64,000 nucleotides of DNA from Candidatus Latescibacterota bacterium. GTDB lineage: Bacteria; Latescibacterota; UBA2968; UBA8231. The stretch's first letter is position 1. Every line of letters starts with the position of its first letter. The notes beneath the pieces are model-generated. The model had not been told where the DNA came from and made no database searches. It saw only the letters and a list, made by a program, of their open reading frames with translations. Of the stretch, positions 46,259-56,738 are shown piece by piece. The stretch lies in contig OZ244561.1 in NCBI GenBank assembly GCA_965217585.1, positions 2,432,001 to 2,496,000 of the forward strand, in the 5' to 3' direction. A program made the position numbers and the translations under genes.

Positions 46259-46993
46259 ATGAGCGAACGTACCAATAGCCTTGGACAGCCCATCAGCTTC
46301 GCACTGCCTGATTGGACGTCACCACCCAATCCGCCGCGAGAATGCATAGAAGGTCACTTCTGTCGGTTGGAACCACTGCAAGTCGATAGCCATCTCGACG
46401 ACTTGTATCAGGCCAACGCCTTTGATGCGGAAGGCAAGAGTTGGACGTACTTGGCATACGGCCCATTCTCCGACAAAGACAGCTACCGGGACTGGATGAA
46501 CAAGACGTGCCTGGGAGACGATCCACTGTTCTTTGCCATCGTGGACAAGAGTATTGGGGCTGCCTGCGGTGTCGCGAGCTATCTCAACATTGTACCTGCA
46601 AGCGGCGCTATTGAGGTGGGGCACATCCACTATTCCCCGCGGCTACAGCGAACGCCTTTGGCCACCGAGGCCATGTACCTCATGATGAAGAAGGCATTCG
46701 AATTGGGCTATCGACGCTACTCGTGGAAGTGCGACCGCCTGAACCAAGCATCGCGGGCGGCCGCCCAACGTCTGGGATTTTCGTTTGAGGGAATTTTTCG
46801 CCAAGCAACGGTCTATAACGGGCGCAATCGCGACACCGCATGGTACGCAGCCATTGATTCGGAGTGGCCGGAGCTGGAAAAAGCCTTCCTGACTTGGTTA
46901 GCCCCAGACAATTTTGACGACCAAGGCAAGCAGCGATTGCGCCTCTCAGACCTCACCCGACCTATCCTCAAAAACCAAGGAAATAACCGATGA
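46259..46993 (+). CDS. GNAT N-acetyltransferase (RimJ/RimL-like)
   Basis: WTYLAYGPF, IEVGHI, GYRRYSWKC..N.ASR.AA.RLGF.FEG.FRQ..GRNRDTAWY. Confidence 0.9.
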   Translation: MSERTNSLGQPISFALPDWTSPPNPPRECIEGHFCRLEPLQVDSHLDDLYQANAFDAEGKSWTYLAYGPFSDKDSYRDWMNKTCLGDDPLFFAIVDKSIGAACGVASYLNIVPASGAIEVGHIHYSPRLQRTPLATEAMYLMMKKAFELGYRRYSWKCDRLNQASRAAAQRLGFSFEGIFRQATVYNGRNRDTAWYAAIDSEWPELEKAFLTWLAPDNFDDQGKQRLRLSDLTRPILKNQGNNR

Positions 46994-47778
46994 GCCAGAT
47001 CATCCCCGAGCAATACATGTGCTACCGCGCCAAAGAACCCCTCACCATCGACGGCCACCTCACCGAAGCATCCTGGAAGCGCGCGCGCCGCACTCCCTTG
47101 TTCGTCGATATCGAAGGCGACAAAAAGCCCCTGCCTCGCTTTGCCACCCGAGTCGCCATGCTGTGGGACGACGACTATTTCTACTTTGGTACCGACATGG
47201 AAGAGCCGCACGTATGGGGCACGCTGACCAAGCGCGACTCGGTCATTTGCAATGACAACGATTTCGAGATCTTCATCGACCCGGACGATGACGGCGAGCA
47301 CTATATGGAATTTGAGATCAACCCGCTCAACGTGGCCTGGGATCTCTATCTGCCCAAGCAATACAACCGCGGCGGCGAGGCCAATTGGGGCTTCGACTTT
47401 GCAGGTATCAAGCACGCTGTGCAGATCGATGGCACCCTCAATTGCTCGGACGATGTGGATCGGGGCTGGTCGGTGGAAGTGGCTATTCCCTGGAGCAGCA
47501 TGGAGCAATACGCCGGCACCGCCTGCCCCCCCAATCCCGGTGACCGCTGGCGCGTGAACTTCTCCCGCGTCGAGTGGGAGTTCGACCGCTACAAAGGCGG
47601 TTATTTGAAGAAGGAGGGCGTTCCCTGCGACAATTGGGTGTGGTCGCCGATGGGAGTGATCAATATGCACGAGCCCCACATGTGGGGATACGTGCAATTT
47701 TCCGCCATCACTGTGGGCGAGGGAGAGGACGCATTCTCGGCGACGCCAGCGGCGCGGCCAGCACCGGAAACGTCGTAG
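46990..47778 (+). CDS. Carbohydrate-binding family 9-like (DOMON-like) protein, no signal peptide
   Basis: IDGHLTEASW, LWDDDYFY, DNDFEIFIDP, WSVEVAIPW, WRVNFSRV, MHEP..WG. Confidence 0.87.
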   Translation: MSQIIPEQYMCYRAKEPLTIDGHLTEASWKRARRTPLFVDIEGDKKPLPRFATRVAMLWDDDYFYFGTDMEEPHVWGTLTKRDSVICNDNDFEIFIDPDDDGEHYMEFEINPLNVAWDLYLPKQYNRGGEANWGFDFAGIKHAVQIDGTLNCSDDVDRGWSVEVAIPWSSMEQYAGTACPPNPGDRWRVNFSRVEWEFDRYKGGYLKKEGVPCDNWVWSPMGVINMHEPHMWGYVQFSAITVGEGEDAFSATPAARPAPETS

Positions 47779-47864
47779 CTACGTGGGCATCGCGGCCTCT
47801 GCGGTCAGGAACCCTTGTACTCTAACTCTCGGGACCAGACCACATTGCAGTACTGCCTATCTCG

Positions 47865-49625
47865 TTACCCCTCGTCCGCGCCCACTCGGCGCATATATCT
47901 CGCGTACGCCCCTCGCAACGCTACCCCCAGCGCCAGCGCCACCAACCCGCCGACCAACGCCACGGTCCAGCGCCCCACGTAAAACCCCGAAAAGCCGATA
48001 ACACCCCCTCCCACGGCCACCGCACCGAGCAGGGCGAGACCCAAGCCGTGCGCGATCGGTGCGCCGCCACCGGTCTCAACACCCGCCTTTTGCGCGATCG
48101 GCCCCCACCATCCCATCGGCCGCGCCTCTTTATAGAAGGCCAAGAGCTTTTCCTCTAACTCTGGCTCGGTGCAAAGCGCCACCGCGATCCAGAGCAGACA
48201 CGTCGCGGCAATCGACGAGAGAACTATCACATACGCCACATCCTGCCCTGCGTCGATCAAATGGACGAAAACCACGTACTTGTTCAATAGAAAGACTATC
48301 GGCCCGCCGAAAGAGGCGGCTAATCGCGCCTTGCCGTTAAAGCGCCACCACCACCACTGGCCCCAATTGGCCGTCAGTTCGGCCGAGGAAAGCCCGAGCA
48401 TGAAAACCGCGATATCAATGACGTTCTCGGCCTGTAGCGCGACCGCCAGCGAGAGGCCCATGATCGCTAGCATCACCACCCGACCGACACTCATGTAGTG
48501 CGCCATCTCAGCGCCGTGCTTGATAAAGCGCCGATACACGTCGTTGATAAAGACCTGAGCCCCGAAATTCATGTTGGAATCCACCGTGGACATGATCGAG
48601 GCGAACATCGCCACCAGCGCCAACCCCAGAAGACCCGAGGGCAGGTAGTGGCCCAACAAGAGACCGTAGGCTAGTTCTTTGTCCATGCTGCCGTCGTACA
48701 GGCCCGGCCATTTGACCATCGCCCCCAGAGCGGGCAGAGTCAGCACCGCCAGCATTAGGAAGAGCGTGATCTCGGTCCAGATGTACATCCGCGTTGCCTC
48801 GCGGCTGTTGCGGCACGAGAGCAGCCTTTGGCCCTCCATCGCTCCGGCCATCGGGGCCACGTCGCCGCCATAGCCGATAGCGGTCCCCATCGTCCAAGCG
48901 ATAATCCCCACCACCCCCAAAAGTTCGTGACTCATCGGCGGATGCCAGCTAACGACCCCTTCCCCAAACTGCGTCACCAACGCCTGATAAAGCCCCGTCG
49001 GCCCGCCGAAGTCGGCCCAGACCAAGCCCATCAGTACCAGTGAGGACGCGATCATGATCGCGGTCTGGATCAAATCCGACACCACCACGCCCATATAGCC
49101 GGAGAGCACCACATAGACCAAAATGATCGGAATGACCAGCAAAAAGGTCTCAAAGCGCGACCAGCCCAAGAGCGCCTCGGACACTTTCGTCAGCCCCAAA
49201 AGCCCGGCTCCGGTCCAAGCTACCACTGCGATAAAGGCACTGCGCAGCGAAACCCAAGCGCGCATCGTCGGCGCGGCCGCACCGCCAAAGCGGAGTTCGT
49301 AAAATTCCGGCGAGGTGAAAATTTTCAACCGCCGCCAGCACACAGCGAAGAGCAACCCACCGATCATCAGCGCCAGCCCGAAGCGGCTCAAATACCACCA
49401 GCAGATAAAGGTCCCAGTGATGACCGTCATGCCGCAATACGCCGGTGCTACGTCGGCGTTCATGCAGGTGACCGCATAACTGGTACCGCTCATCCACCCC
49501 TTCATCTTGCGCCCACCCAAGAAGTAATTTTCCATACTCTCCTGGGCGAACCTCCTGTAGTACAGTCCCATCCCCACCAAGAAGAGCATATAGAGCGCCA
49601 TCAGTGCGTAATCCAGACTCGACAA
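47865..49625 (-). CDS. Sodium:solute symporter family protein
   Basis: YFLGGR, EFYELRF, GVVVSDLIQ, ASIMSTVDS, WWWRFN; multi-TM. TTG start after GGAGG. Confidence 0.9.
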   Translation of the reverse strand: MSSLDYALMALYMLFLVGMGLYYRRFAQESMENYFLGGRKMKGWMSGTSYAVTCMNADVAPAYCGMTVITGTFICWWYLSRFGLALMIGGLLFAVCWRRLKIFTSPEFYELRFGGAAAPTMRAWVSLRSAFIAVVAWTGAGLLGLTKVSEALLGWSRFETFLLVIPIILVYVVLSGYMGVVVSDLIQTAIMIASSLVLMGLVWADFGGPTGLYQALVTQFGEGVVSWHPPMSHELLGVVGIIAWTMGTAIGYGGDVAPMAGAMEGQRLLSCRNSREATRMYIWTEITLFLMLAVLTLPALGAMVKWPGLYDGSMDKELAYGLLLGHYLPSGLLGLALVAMFASIMSTVDSNMNFGAQVFINDVYRRFIKHGAEMAHYMSVGRVVMLAIMGLSLAVALQAENVIDIAVFMLGLSSAELTANWGQWWWWRFNGKARLAASFGGPIVFLLNKYVVFVHLIDAGQDVAYVIVLSSIAATCLLWIAVALCTEPELEEKLLAFYKEARPMGWWGPIAQKAGVETGGGAPIAHGLGLALLGAVAVGGGVIGFSGFYVGRWTVALVGGLVALALGVALRGAYARYMRRVGADEG

Positions 49626-49814
49626 AATCCCTCCTTTGTACGGGAAGCAGCTAGTTTTTGTGCCGCCCTCTATGCAGAATTAAAAACGCCGCGTCAAGCT
49701 GTGGCACTAGACTGACTTGGGACAACGTCGCTTGCAATCCGCATGGCCAATTTGCTTTATATTCGTTGAGCAAGCAGCGCATTGATCCTTCTCTACAGCA
49801 AAAAGGCCCGCCTC

Positions 49815-51146
49815 ATGCCCGCACCCATCCTCCTGACCGACGCCCAAGTCCAAGCCTACCTGACCAATGGCTATATCACCGTGCAAGCCGCTCACTCGCC
49901 TGCGGTCCACCAAAATATCCACCAGCAGATCGAAACCCTCTTCGCCACCGAGGGCAATCCCGGCAACGAGATCCTCCCCAAAGTCCCGGACCTATACCAG
50001 ATCCTCCGCGACCCCGCTGTTGATGGTGCTCTCCAGAGCCTCCTCGGCCCCTCCTACCTCATCCACCCGCACCGCCACTGCCACCACAACCCCAGCGGAT
50101 CCCAAGGCCAAGGTATGCACCAAGACAGCTATGAAAACGACCAGAACGTCCGCCACCACCGCACTCGCTGGACCATGGCCTTCTACTATCCGCAGGACGT
50201 CAGCTTGGACATGGGTCCGACCGCGATCTTACCGGCCACCCAGTACTACAATTCATCGAAACAAGCCTACGAGCGGGAAGAACAGCCCCTCTGCGGCCGG
50301 GCTGGAACGGTGACCATCGTCCACTACGACCTCTGGCACCGCGCCATGCCCAACGCCAGCGACCGCGACCGCTTCATGGTCAAGTTCCTCTTCACCCGCA
50401 TGGGCGAGCCGCGGGCACCTTCGTGGGACCATCGCGACGGCACTTGGCAAGCCGAAGGCACCGACCCACCCACCGAGCTATGCCGCCGTGCTTGGGACTG
50501 GATGCGCAGCACCGATGGCACCGCAGCCCCTACGGCGGTTGCGTTCGACGAGTTGCGTCAGACTCTAGACGCCGAAGCCGAAGCCGAGCGGCTGCGCGCC
50601 GTATATGTCTTGGCTGCTCGCGGCAAAGAAGCAATGCCCGTCCTCTTGAACGCGCTACGCGGCGAGGCCGCTGAGCGTCTCGAAGCCAACCTAGCCAACG
50701 CACACACCAACCCCAGCCAACTCGACGCGGTCTTCGCCCTTTCAGCCGTTAGCCGCCCCGCTGTGCCCCACATGGTGGAACTGCTCGACGAAAACGACTG
50801 GTGGCTCCGCGCCGCGGCCGCCGATGTGCTCGGCGACTTGGGCACCACAGCGTCCGACACCGTGCCCCATCTCACCCGTGTCCTTGACGACGAGGCTGAG
50901 TGGGTGCGGCGCAACGCGGTTGAAGCACTGGGCAATATCGGTCCGGCCGCCGCCGAAGCCGTGCCCGCCTTGAGCCGTCGCTTGCAAGACTCCGAGAGCT
51001 GGATCCGCCACAACGCCGCACTCGCGCTGGCCAAGATCGGTCCAGCCGCTGCCGAAGCTGTGCCCGCACTGCGCAAAAACATCGACGACGAGGACCGCTA
51101 CGCCCGTGCCAACGCGGCCGTGGCTTTGGAGCGCATCGGCGCGTAG
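49815..51146 (+). CDS. PhyH-like dioxygenase fused to HEAT/PBS-lyase repeats
   Basis: Paralog of 41455..42897: EGNPGN.ILP.VP, HRHCH, HQD, LWHRA; five HEAT repeats. ATG 49815 preferred. Confidence 0.87.
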   Translation: MPAPILLTDAQVQAYLTNGYITVQAAHSPAVHQNIHQQIETLFATEGNPGNEILPKVPDLYQILRDPAVDGALQSLLGPSYLIHPHRHCHHNPSGSQGQGMHQDSYENDQNVRHHRTRWTMAFYYPQDVSLDMGPTAILPATQYYNSSKQAYEREEQPLCGRAGTVTIVHYDLWHRAMPNASDRDRFMVKFLFTRMGEPRAPSWDHRDGTWQAEGTDPPTELCRRAWDWMRSTDGTAAPTAVAFDELRQTLDAEAEAERLRAVYVLAARGKEAMPVLLNALRGEAAERLEANLANAHTNPSQLDAVFALSAVSRPAVPHMVELLDENDWWLRAAAADVLGDLGTTASDTVPHLTRVLDDEAEWVRRNAVEALGNIGPAAAEAVPALSRRLQDSESWIRHNAALALAKIGPAAAEAVPALRKNIDDEDRYARANAAVALERIGA

Positions 51147-51274
51147 CGCATTGCCGATGCTCCGGTAGCACTTACTCTCCGCAAAATCAAAACGGACGAG
51201 GACGCTCCGAGATTTTCTCGTTGACATGATTACGCCTTTTCCGCGCCTTTTACTTTTTAGCCCTTCTCAGGAAA

Positions 51275-52801
51275 GTGCCCATGACGACTGCATCGGCCCG
51301 GCCAGCGTTTGACGACGCCCTCCGGCACTACGCCGCAACACTCGGCTTCCCGTCCCTTTCGAGCTATATCATCTGGTGCCGCAAAAACGGCCTAGCGCTC
51401 CAGCGCGACAAAACCGAGAACCAGCTTGCAATCGAGCGTCAACTCGCCGCCGACACCTTGCGACCGGTCGCGCCGCACCCCGGCCGCAGCCACACCCCGG
51501 GACGCGCCCGCCTCATCAACCGGGCCTTCCGCGGCGAAATCCCTCCGGATGAAAGGTATCCGCTCAGCCGTAAGCTCATCGCGCTCGTCGCCGCGGCCGA
51601 AGACCCCAAGCGCCGTCAAGCTCTCTACCGCCTGCTCAAGCACATAGAGCGACGCGCCGACCTCCTCGGCCTCAAAACGGGATTCCTCAACCGGCCGCGC
51701 GAAGAGGGCAACAACTACGAGGACGCCCTCGGTCAACTCGCCCGCCACTACGGCGACTGGCTCCGGCCCGTCGAGGAGTGGCGCACCGACCTCCTCAGCC
51801 CTCGGGCGCAGTTCCGCAGCCTCACGCGGCATCTGCTGTCCCGCTACGAGGTGCCGCCTTTTATGGACACCGCCTTCCTCCAAGGAGACCTTCCGACGGC
51901 GCACCGCGAGCAGGAGTGGTTCAAGCACATCGGCATCGGCCAGAACATCCGCAAGGCCGACCTACCGCTGCGGCTGACCAAGCGCATGGCGCACCTTTTT
52001 CCCACCGCCAATCGGCACTGGCCGGTCTCGCGCGCCCTGCGCTGGGCGCAATTCGCCGGCATGGATGGACGCACCTGTCGGGCCGTTTTATCCACGCGGC
52101 TGAAGGACTACCAGCGAGACGAGCCGTTCTGGGAGACAGTGATGCTCTTTTTTGCCAACCAACCCATGCTGGAGCCCACCTACATCGGCCCGATTGTCGA
52201 TTACATCCACTACCAGAAATTCGTGCCCCAGCAATTGCCTGGCCCCAATGGCCAGTTCATTGAGGGGCCGCCGGCTCAGCCCAACTTCTCGATGAAAGGC
52301 CGCAGCATCACCAAGCTGCTGCGTTTGGTTGATGAGTGGCACGGCGATCTCAACGCCGACGACTACGCCCTCGGCGAGGAAGATGCGTGGGAGGCGTCTG
52401 GCTTTCGCGGACTCGAGTGGGAGGAAGAAGACGCATTCTCGGGCGAGCGCGTGCGGTGGTCAATACGCGAGTTGTGCACCGCACTCGACCTGCTAGCCGA
52501 AGGGCGCGTCATGCACCACTGCGCCGCCTCGTATGCCCAGCGCTGCTCGGAGGGCGAGCGGTCCGTGTGGTCGATGCAGATGACCTACCCGGCCAAGCTG
52601 CCGCAGCGCATTCTGACCATTGCCCTCGACAACCACAAGAAGACCGTCGTCGATTATCGAGGGAAGTACAACATGCACCCTCACGACAACAAGCGCACCG
52701 CCAAAAAGCATTGGCAGGACCGGCCCTATCTCTATTATCTGCGGCAATCACCGCGCATCTTGCGCTTGTGGATGGAGCGCGAGGATCTGCGGCACGACTA
52801 G
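51275..52801 (+). CDS. PcfJ-domain-containing protein
   Basis: C-terminal EL..DLLAEGRVMHHCAASYA..C..SVWS..LTI..YRGKYN; Y.VP.FMD, IGIGQNIRK, FSMKGR..WH. Confidence 0.82.
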   Translation: MPMTTASARPAFDDALRHYAATLGFPSLSSYIIWCRKNGLALQRDKTENQLAIERQLAADTLRPVAPHPGRSHTPGRARLINRAFRGEIPPDERYPLSRKLIALVAAAEDPKRRQALYRLLKHIERRADLLGLKTGFLNRPREEGNNYEDALGQLARHYGDWLRPVEEWRTDLLSPRAQFRSLTRHLLSRYEVPPFMDTAFLQGDLPTAHREQEWFKHIGIGQNIRKADLPLRLTKRMAHLFPTANRHWPVSRALRWAQFAGMDGRTCRAVLSTRLKDYQRDEPFWETVMLFFANQPMLEPTYIGPIVDYIHYQKFVPQQLPGPNGQFIEGPPAQPNFSMKGRSITKLLRLVDEWHGDLNADDYALGEEDAWEASGFRGLEWEEEDAFSGERVRWSIRELCTALDLLAEGRVMHHCAASYAQRCSEGERSVWSMQMTYPAKLPQRILTIALDNHKKTVVDYRGKYNMHPHDNKRTAKKHWQDRPYLYYLRQSPRILRLWMEREDLRHD

Positions 52802-52960
52802 CGAGGCGGTATGCGCAGGTGATCGCAGCACCTTTTTGTCTGACGAGCTCGCTGTTGTGTAGCTGCTTTCTGCATCTAATGGCAGACAATGTGATCCCCG
52901 CCCTATACAGCCGACTCTCCCCTTGATAGCTGCCCATCAGGCCCTATCTTGTTTGTCGCC

Positions 52961-54004
52961 ATGACTACAACCTTTCGCATCGGTGTCACCCGCGACTTTC
53001 TCAAGGCCGACGGCACCCTCGGCTTCGGCGATATTGGTCTCGACCTGCTCGACGAAGCCCCAAAGGTCGAGTGGGAATTCCTCGCGGAAAACACCACCGA
53101 GCTGCGCCCCGACCAGATTCGCGACTACGACGGCCTGCTAGTTCTCGCCTCAATAGTCAGCGCTGAGACCTTGCAGGGAGCAGACAAGCTGGCGATCGTC
53201 GCCCGCTTCGGCGTCGGCTACGACAGTATTGACGTGGCAGCTTGCAACGAGCAGGGCGTGCTCCTGACGATTACCCCCGACGGCGTGCGCCGGCCAGTGG
53301 CGGTCATGGCCCTGACGTATCTCTTGGCCCTCAGCCACAAGATGCTGGCCAAGGATCGCTTGGTGCGCGAGGGCCGCTGGCATGAGCGCCTCGACTACAT
53401 AGGCATGGGCGTCACGGACCGCACGCTGGGGCTGGTCGGCCTAGGCAATATCGGCCGCGAGATCTGCACCCTAGCCACGCCCTTCGGCATTCGCTGCATT
53501 GCCGCCGATCCTTTCGTCGATGCGGCACAGGCGCGCGCAGCTGGTACCGAACTAGTCGAACTCGACCAATTGCTGCAACGCGCAGACTACGTCTGTATCT
53601 GCTGTGCCCTAACGGAGGAGACCCATCACCTCATCGGCGAGCGCGAGCTCTCACTGATGAAGGAAAGCGCCTACCTCATCAACACGGCCCGCGGCCCCAT
53701 CGTCAATCAGCAGGCCCTCACCCATGCCCTGCAACAGGGGCAGATCGCCGGTGCCGGCCTCGATGTCTTTGAAACAGAGCCTGTACCCCAGGACGAGCCG
53801 GTGCTGGCATTCACCGACCAGACCATCGTCGCCCCGCACGGGCTTTGCTGGACCGACGAGTGCTTCCGCCTCATCGGCCGCAGCGCCTGCCGCAGCCTCA
53901 TCGAAGTGGCCTCCGGTCGCCTGCCCCAGCACCTCGTCAACCCCCAAGCTGCCGACCACCCCTGTCTGAAAGAAAAACTGAACCGCTATCGAGCTATCGG
54001 ATGA
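52961..54004 (+). CDS. D-isomer-specific 2-hydroxyacid dehydrogenase
   Basis: RFGVGYD, GLGNIG, INTARGPIV, GAGLDVFETEP, APH. Confidence 0.92.
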   Translation: MTTTFRIGVTRDFLKADGTLGFGDIGLDLLDEAPKVEWEFLAENTTELRPDQIRDYDGLLVLASIVSAETLQGADKLAIVARFGVGYDSIDVAACNEQGVLLTITPDGVRRPVAVMALTYLLALSHKMLAKDRLVREGRWHERLDYIGMGVTDRTLGLVGLGNIGREICTLATPFGIRCIAADPFVDAAQARAAGTELVELDQLLQRADYVCICCALTEETHHLIGERELSLMKESAYLINTARGPIVNQQALTHALQQGQIAGAGLDVFETEPVPQDEPVLAFTDQTIVAPHGLCWTDECFRLIGRSACRSLIEVASGRLPQHLVNPQAADHPCLKEKLNRYRAIG

Positions 54005-54783
54005 AACCCAACAAAGTCAAACGCACCCTCAAAGAAGGCGGCACGGCCATCGGCACCATGACCTTCGAGTTTTGCACTCCGGGCATTGCCCGTCTCTCTG
54101 CCGAGGCTGGTGCCGAATTCATTATGTACGACATGGAGCACACCGGCTGGAGTGTCGAGACGGTGCGCGACCTGATCGCCACCACCAACGCCGACCACAT
54201 CGAGCCGTTTGTGCGAGTGCCGGCGACCCAATACCACTTCATCGCTCGCGTCCTCGACGTGGGGGCTCGAGGCGTCATGGTGCCGATGGTTAGCGATGCG
54301 CAGCAGACCGAGGTCATCGTGCAGTCGGGCAAGTACCCGCCCATTGGCCAGCGCGGCGCAGCCTTCCAAATCGCCCACGACCACTTCGCCGAAGGCTCCA
54401 TCGTTGGCAAGATCGACCACGCCAACACCGAGGGCCTGCTAATCGCTCAGATCGAAAACCGCCCCGGACTCGAAAACGTCGACCGCATCGCCGCCGTGGA
54501 GGGGATTGATGTGCTGTGGATAGGGGGTTTTGACTTGAGCAACTTCTTGGGGATTCCCGGGCAGTTTGACCATCCCGAATTCACCGCCGCCCTTGACCGC
54601 GTCGTCGATGCCTGCGAGCGCCACGGCAAGGCCGCTGGCTACTTGGTCAATACCATCGAGGAGGGAACGGAGATGCTGCGCCGAGGCTTCCGCTGCATAG
54701 CGTATGGCGGCGACTTGTGGCTCTACCGCCGCGCCTTGGCCGAAGGCATCGAAGGGCTGCGGACGAGCGTCTGGCGGCGGTAA
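54001..54783 (+). CDS. HpcH/HpaI aldolase family
   Basis: ATGA overlap with the upstream stop; DMEH, VRVP, LDVGARGVMVP, KYPPIGQRG, QIE, IGGFDLS. Confidence 0.92.
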   Translation: MKPNKVKRTLKEGGTAIGTMTFEFCTPGIARLSAEAGAEFIMYDMEHTGWSVETVRDLIATTNADHIEPFVRVPATQYHFIARVLDVGARGVMVPMVSDAQQTEVIVQSGKYPPIGQRGAAFQIAHDHFAEGSIVGKIDHANTEGLLIAQIENRPGLENVDRIAAVEGIDVLWIGGFDLSNFLGIPGQFDHPEFTAALDRVVDACERHGKAAGYLVNTIEEGTEMLRRGFRCIAYGGDLWLYRRALAEGIEGLRTSVWRR

Positions 54784-54854
54784 GTGGTCTGTCAATCAAA
54801 TTCATTTCTTAATGCCCTAGACTTCTGTTTGTCTTGCTTCCGCAAGGTGAAGAT

Positions 54855-54880
54855 GTCATTCCCGCGAAAGCGGGAATCCA
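54855..54880. repeat. Palindromic REP/dRS3-like element GTCATTCCCGCGAAAGCGGGAATCCA
   Basis: Exact ATTCCC-N8-GGGAAT palindrome (58858-style core at 54858-54877) between two convergent genes; single copy in this window. Confidence 0.75.
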
Positions 54881-54965
54881 GCCTACACTAAGAAGCCACA
54901 TCTGCGCCCATCTGCGGATACATTGCCGCCGGGCAGGGCGGGCGTCCACCAGCAGCGGCGCTGAC

Positions 54966-55754
54966 CTATTCGCCCTCCAGCGCCCGCCGCATCGCCTCGC
55001 CTTGGTCGCGCCAATACCCGTATAGCACCGCTATATCCGTGCCGACGCAGAAGTGCCGCACCCCCATGTCGAGATAGCGCTTGGCGTCGTCGGCTGTGTT
55101 GATCTCGGCGCGCGGATGGACGCCCATCTCCAAGGCCGTCTTAAAGACCTTCTCTTCGGCTGCGGCAATTTCTGGCGCGCCGCGCTGGCCGGCCTTGCCG
55201 ACGCTCATAGAGTAATCGGCCCCTCCCCATTGGACCATCTCGACCCCTTTTACCGAGAGCATGGCCTCTAGATCGGCGACGGCACTTTCCTTTTCGATCA
55301 TCAAAACCACGACCACGTCGCGCAGAGCTTGGACGTATTCTGGGGTGCCGCCATAGGCCATATAGGCGATGCGCCGCATGGCTACCCCATAGGTGCCTTC
55401 GTCCCCGGGCGCGTCGGCGCGCACGCAGCGCACACAGGCCCGTGCGTCGTCCGGATCGCGCACATCGGCAAAGAGCACGCTGCCGAAGCCCGACCCTATG
55501 GCTCGTTGGGCCACATAAGCGCGGTTCTCGGCATCGACCTTGATCATCGTTCCCAAATCCCATAGCTCGGCGGCTCGGGCGAGGTTGTCCAAGTCGTGCA
55601 GATCAAAGGGGCCATACTCGGCGACAAATTCCACATAGTCGTACGCGCCCGTATGCCCTAGGGCTTCGACGATCGAAGGCCAAGTGGTGTGGATGTGGGT
55701 GCCTAGCGTAGGTTCGCCGGCGTTGAGTTTTTCGCGCAGCTTGTTCGGTCTCAT
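54966..55754 (-). CDS. HpcH/HpaI aldolase-like protein (variant active site)
   Basis: NKLREKL..G; EFVAEY in place of DxEH; MIEK and GGADYS metal ligands; GTD. Confidence 0.82.
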   Translation of the reverse strand: MRPNKLREKLNAGEPTLGTHIHTTWPSIVEALGHTGAYDYVEFVAEYGPFDLHDLDNLARAAELWDLGTMIKVDAENRAYVAQRAIGSGFGSVLFADVRDPDDARACVRCVRADAPGDEGTYGVAMRRIAYMAYGGTPEYVQALRDVVVVLMIEKESAVADLEAMLSVKGVEMVQWGGADYSMSVGKAGQRGAPEIAAAEEKVFKTALEMGVHPRAEINTADDAKRYLDMGVRHFCVGTDIAVLYGYWRDQGEAMRRALEGE

Positions 55755-55766
55755 CGTTTTTCTCCT

Positions 55767-56738
55767 TTAAAACTGAACTTCGTCGCGGTCGGTAGCTGGC
55801 GGCGGTGCGATCGAAAGCGCCGACACTTCGGCGCGCATCTCGTCCGACATGACAAAGTCGAGCGCGGCGAGCGACGGCTTTAGCTGGTCTAGGTCGCGCC
55901 CGCCGACGATCGGCGCGGTCACGTCTCGATGCCCCATTACCCAGGCGACGGCCAAGGTCGCCGGATGCACGCCCTGGTCGCCGGCATAGCGCACGAAGCG
56001 CTCAGCGATCTCGTAGAACACGGGATTGGCGTAGCGCTTGATGTAGTTGTCCTGCTGCAAAAGCCGACCCCGCTCGGGCCGCTTGTCGATCCCGTACTTG
56101 CCGGTCAGTAAGCCGCCTCCTAAGGGGCTATAGGTAATCACGCCCAAGCCCTCTGAGCGGGCCAGCGGCAGGATTTCTACCTCCACTTGCCGTTTGGCCA
56201 AGCTGTACATGGGCTGAATGCAGGCAAAGGGCGCCAGCCCCTCGCGGGCGCAATGGCCGAGGGCTTTGGCAATTTGCCAAGCGGCCCAGTTGCTCACGGC
56301 CGGATAGAGGATTTTGCCGCCGCGCACCAAGTCGTCGAGCGCGGCGAGGGTCTCTTCCATCGGCGTATCTTCGTCGAAGTTGTGGACGAAGTAGAAGTCG
56401 AGGCGGTCCGTCTGCAATCGCCTGAGACTGGCCTCTACGGCCTGCACAATATGCCGCCGCGACAAGCCCCGGTCGTTGGGGCCGTCGCCCATCGCGCCGC
56501 AGACTTTCGAGGTGATGACCAACTCGTCGCGCTCGCCTTGGATCAACCGGCCCAGTATCTCCTCGGAACTCCCGTTGGAATAGACATTGGCCGTGTCGAA
56601 GAAATTGATCCCCAACTCGCGGCAGTAGCGATACATCTGCCCGGAGGTCGCCTCGTCCGCATCGCCGCCAAAGGCCATAGTACCATAGCACAGGGAAGAC
56701 ACTTTGACGCCTGTGCGGCCTAGGGTATTGTACTGCAT
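55767..56738 (-). CDS. Aldo/keto reductase
   Basis: LGRTGVKVS.LCYGTM, FDTANVY, SLRRLQTDRLD, YSPLGGGLLTGKY. Confidence 0.93.
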   Translation of the reverse strand: MQYNTLGRTGVKVSSLCYGTMAFGGDADEATSGQMYRYCRELGINFFDTANVYSNGSSEEILGRLIQGERDELVITSKVCGAMGDGPNDRGLSRRHIVQAVEASLRRLQTDRLDFYFVHNFDEDTPMEETLAALDDLVRGGKILYPAVSNWAAWQIAKALGHCAREGLAPFACIQPMYSLAKRQVEVEILPLARSEGLGVITYSPLGGGLLTGKYGIDKRPERGRLLQQDNYIKRYANPVFYEIAERFVRYAGDQGVHPATLAVAWVMGHRDVTAPIVGGRDLDQLKPSLAALDFVMSDEMRAEVSALSIAPPPATDRDEVQF

